DNA from: Vicinamibacterales bacterium
Lineage (GTDB): Bacteria; Acidobacteriota; Vicinamibacteria; Vicinamibacterales; JAMQPK01
Reading direction: 5' to 3'
NCBI GenBank assembly: GCA_963850295.1
Contig: CAWKKU010000014.1
Coordinates: forward strand, 334,010-398,009
DNA length: 64,000 nucleotides
The notes beneath the pieces were generated by a model that worked only from the letters and a program-made list of their open reading frames with translations, was not told where the DNA came from and did not search any database. Positions 57,107 to 64,000 of the stretch are shown here, in pieces. The stretch's first letter is position 1; every line of letters begins with the position of its first letter. Made by a program: the position numbers and the translations under genes.

Positions 57107-57952
57107 CACCGAGGCACCGGCGAAGTGGACAGCAGAAACGCAAGACCATCGCGCAGTCCTACGCGTGCCTGCCAGCCGTATTCTCGAGCACATGCGCCCG
57201 GCGATCGGCCACGATCGTGGACACACGGCCGCTGCCGCGTGGCCACGACCTCCCGGCCGCTTTCACCGGCGATTTCCAGCGCCAGCCGGGCCACGCTCGC
57301 CAATCGACGTCCCAACGCCGGTCGCGAGATTGAAGATGCCCTGCGCCGCCGGCGCGGTGGCGAGCTCGGCGAACCTTCCGCCGCATCGTCCACCCAGAGA
57401 AAGTCACGTACCGGAATGGTGTGCATGACGACGAGCGGCCCCGGCCCGGGAATCTGACCGAGAATCGTGCTGATCACGTTGCGCGATGACATACCCGATC
57501 CGTACAAGTTGGAAAGGCGCGCGACTGCCCCGCGTCGGCGATTCGAGCACCGCGAGCTCAGCCGTGCGTTTGAGGCGGGTATATTCATCGCTGACGTACA
57601 CGGCGTCATTCGGCATGTGCGGATGTGCTCGATGCGTCGCCGTACACCGCCGTCGACGAAGCGTAGATGACACGGGCGTAAGAACGTCCGAACAAGGTCT
57701 GTAACTGTTCGAACGGCGCTGGATTCGTAGGGAGCTCCCATGGCCGCAACCTTCGTACGCGAGTCGCCTCCTCTGCCAGATGGATGAGCACGTCACCCGC
57801 AGGGGTCGCTGCGTAGCTGTCGACGCGAACGGCATCGGCCATCGGCTGTCGTGAAACCGGCATGCACTCGGACGCCGCTGCGATTGCGCCAGCGCCCGAA
57901 CGACTGCACGCCCCAGGAAGCCCGATGCGCCGGTCACGACGACGGTTACCAC
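57106..57952 (-). pseudogene. Small NAD-dependent epimerase/dehydratase-family gene, at least 3 frame changes
   Basis: The GTG at 57952 overlaps the upstream TAA (GTGGTAA). Segments VVTVVVTGASGFLGRAVVRALAQS, DVLIHLAEEA...RVIYASSTAVYGD, VYVSDEYTRLKRTAELAVLE and RLSNLYGSGMSSRNVISTILGQI...VRDFLWVDDAAEG lie in three frames. Confidence 0.55.
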
Positions 57953-58775
57953 GCGCTCAGCCCGCCGTCGACGATAAAACGCTGTCCCGTGCAGTACCGC
58001 GACGCATCGCTGGCGAGGTACACCATCGTGCCCACGAGATCCTCGGGGTTCGCCATCCTGCCCATCGGCGTTCGATCCGCATACCGGCGGACGAACTCGG
58101 GGTCTTGTCCGTTGTAAACGCCGCCGGGACACACCGTATTCACGCGGATGCCGGATCGCGCCCAATAGGTTGAAAGCCACAGCGTCAGCCCATGCACGCC
58201 AGCCTTGCTCGCCGAGTACGGGGCAAAGGACGAGAACGGCATCCCTTCGTAGATTCGATGGTCCGGAGCGACGACGCCATAAATACTCGCCGACGTTGAT
58301 CAGGCTCCCGCCACCAGCCGCCAGCATGCGCTTGCCGCCTTCGCGGGCGACCAGAAATACGCCCGTGAGGTTGGTGCGAAGCACTTCGTCCCACAAAGCG
58401 ACCGGGTAATCCTCGAACCTGGCAAACACGTCGCCGGTGCGCAGAAGATGCTCGCCCGTCGCCGCCGCGTTGTTCAACACGACGTCCACCCGTCCGAACC
58501 GTTGAACGGCGGTGTCGAAGAGCTTCCTGACATCGTCTTCGCTGCGCACGTCGCAGGCGACCGCGACCGCAGGAGTGTCGAACTCGCGCGCCAGCGTCGC
58601 GGCCTGCGCGGCCGGATCGCATTCAGCCAGATCGGCGAGCACCAGCGAAGCGCCGCGCTCGGCGAACGCCCGGCAATAGCATGCGTCCGAGGACGCCGCC
58701 GCTGCCCGTGATTACGATCACGCGCGAGCGGACCTCGAGGAGATCGCGCGCGGGCGCGGGTACGGCGTCAGTCAT
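57946..58775 (-). pseudogene. Short-chain dehydrogenase/reductase (PtmA-like), 2 frame changes
   Basis: The ATG at 58775 is in an ATGA overlap with the upstream stop. RVIVITGSGGVLGR, then a shift near 58680 to YCRAFAERGASLVLADL...VDVVLNNAA...TNLTGVFLVAREGGKRMLAAGGGSLINVG. A second shift near 58285-58295 leads to SIYGVVAPD...YSASKAGVHGLTLWLSTYWARSGIRVNTVCPGGV...GQRFIVDGGLSAW. Confidence 0.65.
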
Positions 58776-59476
58776 GCCGGCAAACCCATGCGCCGGCGCA
58801 GCAGGAAGGAAACGAGCTCGAAATCGAAGTCGCTGTCGATGTCGAGGCTCTTTTCCTGACCGATGTCGTACCCTTGCGTGCAGCCGGAGAGCAGACCCGT
58901 ACCGCGCCGGATGTATGCGGGAGAAAGCACGTAAATAGACGCGACGTGCTCCAGCACGCGCGGAGCGTCCTGCCGCCGCACGATCGGGCGCGGAAGCGGC
59001 TTGCAGATCCGCTGGCAGCCGGCCTCGACTTCGAGCATGTTGAAGTACGGATTCTTCCGCGCTTCGCAGACGGAGAACACGGCATCGACGCCTGCCGAGA
59101 CAAACTGCGCGAGGGCGCGGCTGATGTCGTCCACCTCACGCAGCGGCGACGTGCAATCGAGATCCACGTAGACGTCCACCGGCACGCCGTAATGCCGCTC
59201 GCACGCCTCGAGCGCGTGTTTCCACACATCCCATTTGCCGGCCGTGTCGTTGGCGAGCGCGGCAGGGCGGATAAAGGGAACCTCGGCGCCGTAATCGCGG
59301 GCAACGTCCGCGATGGCTTCGCTGTCGGTTGATACCACGACTCTGTTGATCTCCGGACAGGCCTTGGCCTGTTCGATGCTCCAGGCAATCAGCGGCTTGC
59401 CGAGCAGCGGGCGGAGATTCTTGCCGGGCAGTCCCTTCGATCCTCCGCGCGCCCCGATGACACAGACAATATTCAC
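58772..59476 (-). CDS. neuA: Acylneuraminate (CMP-nonulosonate) cytidylyltransferase, NeuA/LegF-like
   Basis: 234 aa, intact; GTG start in a GTGA overlap. VCVIGARGGSKGLPGKNLRPLLGKPLIAWSIEQA...VVVSTDSEAIADVA...DCTSPLRE. Confidence 0.8.
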   Translation of the reverse strand: MNIVCVIGARGGSKGLPGKNLRPLLGKPLIAWSIEQAKACPEINRVVVSTDSEAIADVARDYGAEVPFIRPAALANDTAGKWDVWKHALEACERHYGVPVDVYVDLDCTSPLREVDDISRALAQFVSAGVDAVFSVCEARKNPYFNMLEVEAGCQRICKPLPRPIVRRQDAPRVLEHVASIYVLSPAYIRRGTGLLSGCTQGYDIGQEKSLDIDSDFDFELVSFLLRRRMGLPA

Positions 59477-60497
59477 GACGCTGAAGCCAGCGAGAACGCC
59501 GCGGTCACGTCAGCGGGTCGCACGAGGCGCTCTTCGGCGGCGGACTGATGGCAGGCCAGCGCTGTTCGAAGCGCGGCAACGCCGTCCGCGAGCGACGAGA
59601 GCGGCGCCAGCGACGAATCGGAAAGCCGCGCGACGAAATGCCGCATTTCCGTCAAAAAGAGCTCATTGCGGGCAAAGCTCGCGGGCACCTGATGAGCAGT
59701 TCGGGTGCCGTTCCCGGGCGTGGCGATCGAGATGGTGCCATCCACGTAGTTCCAGCTCACCACACCCCGGCTGCCGACCACCTCCAGCGTTCTCCCGTAC
59801 ACCGGGCGGACGTAGTCCATGTGAACCTGTGCCAGCAGACCACCGGCCGTGCGCAGGCCGACCTGAGCGATCGCTTCCGACTCGATTTGAAGACGCTCCA
59901 CATGCGCCGTCATCGCATGCACGGCTTCAATCGGACCGAACAGCCACGCCACGAGGTCGAGCTCGTGCACCAGGTCGAAAATCGCTCCGCCACAGTCGGC
60001 GCTCGCGCTGTAGCTGCGGCGGTGGTCCTGCAGCGGCCGCCAGTCGGGCAAGTGCTGGCCGACGACGGCCCGGCAATAGAACAGATCGCCCAACTCCCCT
60101 GCGTCGAGAAATGACTTCAGCCATACCAGGTTCGGATGCAGGCGCAGCATGAAGCCGGTCTCGACGACGAGCGCGCGATCTTCAGATTCGCGGACCAGAT
60201 CGTCGATACCTGTCAGTGAGTGAGACAGTGGCTTTTCGATGAAGAGGGCACGACCATCTCGTGCGCCGCGCAGCGCGATATCGAGATGCTGATCGGTCCG
60301 GTTGGCAATGACGATCGCATCGGGTGCGGCGGCGAACGCGGCGTCCAGGTGGTCGAACGACCGGACATTTTCGCGCCACGGCTCGGTCCGGGCTTCGCGC
60401 CGGTAACTGTAGGTGGAAACGTTCTCGCCAAGGCTCAGCAGGTTGGCAATATGCCGCGCCCCGATCGAACCAGTGCCGACCACCAGGACGTTGTGCT

Positions 60498-60501
<4 letters not shown>
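59473..60501 (-). CDS. Gfo/Idh/MocA-family NAD(P)-dependent oxidoreductase (PtmF-like position)
   Basis: 342 aa, intact; ATGA overlap. MKHNVLVVGTGSIGARHIANLLSLG...ALFIEKPLSHSL. Confidence 0.75.
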
Positions 60502-62515
<2,014 letters not shown>

Positions 62516-62520
62516 TTACT

Positions 62521-63814
62521 TCAAGTATTCTGCGGTCGTGCCGCGCGGCTGCATTCCGACAGAGCCAATGCAACGAGGAAGGCCAGGGTAAGGTTCATCC
62601 GGAAGCTGGCGTGCACGCGGGCACCGATCATCACTTCGGTTATCGACAGCACCAGAAATGCAAATAGAGCCCACAATGGGCCCGCGAGCATCGGCCGATC
62701 GGGCAGGCTGGCTCTTCGCCACGCGCGAAATACCAGGAGGAGGATCGCCGACCATAGATAGCACCATGCGGCCAGGCCGAAAATTCCCGTTTCAGCCATC
62801 AGGTGCAAATACACATTGTGTGCGTGCCAGCCGGCGCCACGATAAACCTCTTCGGCTGCGCCGCCGGGGACCGTATACGCGACGGCATCGTAGGTGCCGA
62901 GGCCATGACCGGTAATTGGCCGGGCCTGGAAGAGACGTATCGTGTCCCGCCAAATCGCGAGCCGCATCGCCACGCCCAGGTTCAGCGACGGATCGGCGAT
63001 CGTCGACACGACGTGACGTGCCATCTCCCAGGTCCGTCCGACGAGCGTCACACCGGCGATCGCCGCAACGAGGACGATGCCAAGCGTGCGTCGCCACTGG
63101 CTGAGCGTGAACATCAACACGCCCAGGGTCGTCATCCCGAACACCATCACACCCATCCGGGAGTACAAGACATACATCGTCGCGGCAGTGACGAACCACG
63201 CGATCGCGTAGAACACGGCCAAGCTTCGTCTCGGAACTCCGATGGCCCATCCCAGCAGCACCGGAGCGATCAGGTTGAATACCCAGGTGAGCTGCAGCTT
63301 GCCGACCCACGCATTGTTGTTCAGCTGAAACGCCTCCGTGTTCAAACCTTCGCGATACCGCCACGAGATGACGACGGCGTCGAGCAGGAGAACGGCAATC
63401 GCAACGACGGGTCCCATCGCGCCGCGAAAGCGCGCGTCTTTCATCAGCTGAACGAAGACCCACCCCGCTGTGAAGATGCAGAGGACGGCCACGAACGACC
63501 GCGCGCTGAGTGCAGGATTATCGGAGAGGACAGTCGACACCAGAAAACGCGGCAACGAGCAATACCAGGGGTCTGATGAGGGCCTCGAGGCCGGGAATTC
63601 CCCTCGGTTCCACGAGGCCCGCTGCGGCGGCACACAGGAATCCGAGAAACAGGAGCGCAAGGTAGAGCGGAGGCGATGCGATGAACGGCAGGGGCGTCGG
63701 CCACCTCGCCAGTCCTAATGTCAGGAATGGGCCATCGCCACTGATCATCAGCAACACGCCTGCGAGGCAGAGCCAAATCCCCGTGGAGTGTAAGACGCGA
63801 AGTCCTCGTCCCAT
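62521..63814 (-). pseudogene. O-antigen ligase / Wzy-like membrane protein, apparently split by one frameshift near 63545-63575
   Basis: The N-terminal helices are in the 63518..63862 frame from ATG 63814 (MGRGLRVLHSTGIWLCLAGVLLMISG...PLYLALLFLGFLCAAAAG). The remainder is in the 62521..63660 frame, with the signature GHGLGTYD...GWHAHNVYLHLMAETGIFGLAAW. The combined length (about 430 aa) fits the family. Confidence 0.55.
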
Positions 63815-63819
63815 CCGGA

Positions 63820-64000
63820 CTACGACGAGGGCCTGAGGTAGCGCCGCACGGCATCCTGCCACGCGGGCATGTGGAAACCCGCTCGCGACAACTTGTCGTT
63901 GGCAAGCGCCGCGTACTGAGGGCGCGGTGCGCGGAGCGAGACGTCGGCAACCGACACAGGCAGCAGCCTCGCCTCCCCTTCCTTTCCCAGGACGCGCGCG
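63820..64000 (-). CDS. rfbD: 3' end of dTDP-4-dehydrorhamnose reductase-like gene (5' part outside window)
   Basis: The minus-strand frame reads ...LLPVSVADVSLRAPRPQYAALANDKLSRAGFHMPAWQDAVRRYLRPSS, then TAG at 63822-63820. The A-RP-YS/A-L-N-KL...W pattern is typical of RmlD C-termini. Only 59 codons are visible. Confidence 0.55.
   Translation of the reverse strand, partial: ARVLGKEGEARLLPVSVADVSLRAPRPQYAALANDKLSRAGFHMPAWQDAVRRYLRPSS

Noticed and set aside
52250-58775. Programmed ribosomal frameshifting or phase variation as an explanation for the broken genes.
   Set aside because: There are too many frame changes per gene (up to 5-6). I saw no recurring slippery heptamer, and no homopolymer or short tandem repeat tract at the junctions I inspected. 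Both +1 and -1 corrections are needed.

Overview
GC-rich bacterial chromosome segment that is almost entirely one very large cell-surface glycan (LPS / O-antigen / capsule-like) biosynthesis locus. No rRNA, tRNA, CRISPR array, transposase or integrase was recognised. About 56 genes are packed with almost no intergenic space. From about 64000 down to 17937 every gene is on the minus strand, and many are chained by 1-4 nt start/stop overlaps (ATGA, GTGA, TTGA, TAGTG). Recognisable content:
- 8 GT4-type, 2 GT2, 1 GT9 (heptosyltransferase) and 1 GT8-like glycosyltransferases.
- 3 GT-C-fold membrane glycosyltransferases.
- A WecA/MraY-type initiating transferase fused to a CoA_binding_3-like module.
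- 9 SAM methyltransferase(-like) genes.
- A Wzx-like flippase, two O-antigen-ligase/Wzy-like proteins, an MsbA-type ABC exporter and KpsS/KpsC-like capsule proteins.
- KpsF/KdsD, an SQD1-like UDP-sulfoquinovose synthase, Gmd, an HldA-type heptose kinase and the 3' end of RmlD.
- A radical SAM/SPASM enzyme and a PA14-membrane-LtaS-like sulfatase-fold protein.
- Two nonulosonic-acid (sialic-acid-like) modules that together hold three NeuB-family synthases, three NeuC-family hydrolysing 2-epimerases and two CMP-sugar synthetases. One module is syntenic with the Campylobacter ptm/leg legionaminic-acid set.

The most striking sequence-level observation is that many genes can only be read by switching reading frame. 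This damage concentrates in a block at 52250-58775, where five adjacent genes are broken around one intact gene, and in the initiating transferase at 21532-23366. The cause is either recent pseudogenisation of part of the locus or localised indel errors in the assembly. This cannot be decided from the sequence alone. All functional calls come from motif recognition in the supplied translations, with no database search, and family-level calls are more reliable than substrate-level ones.
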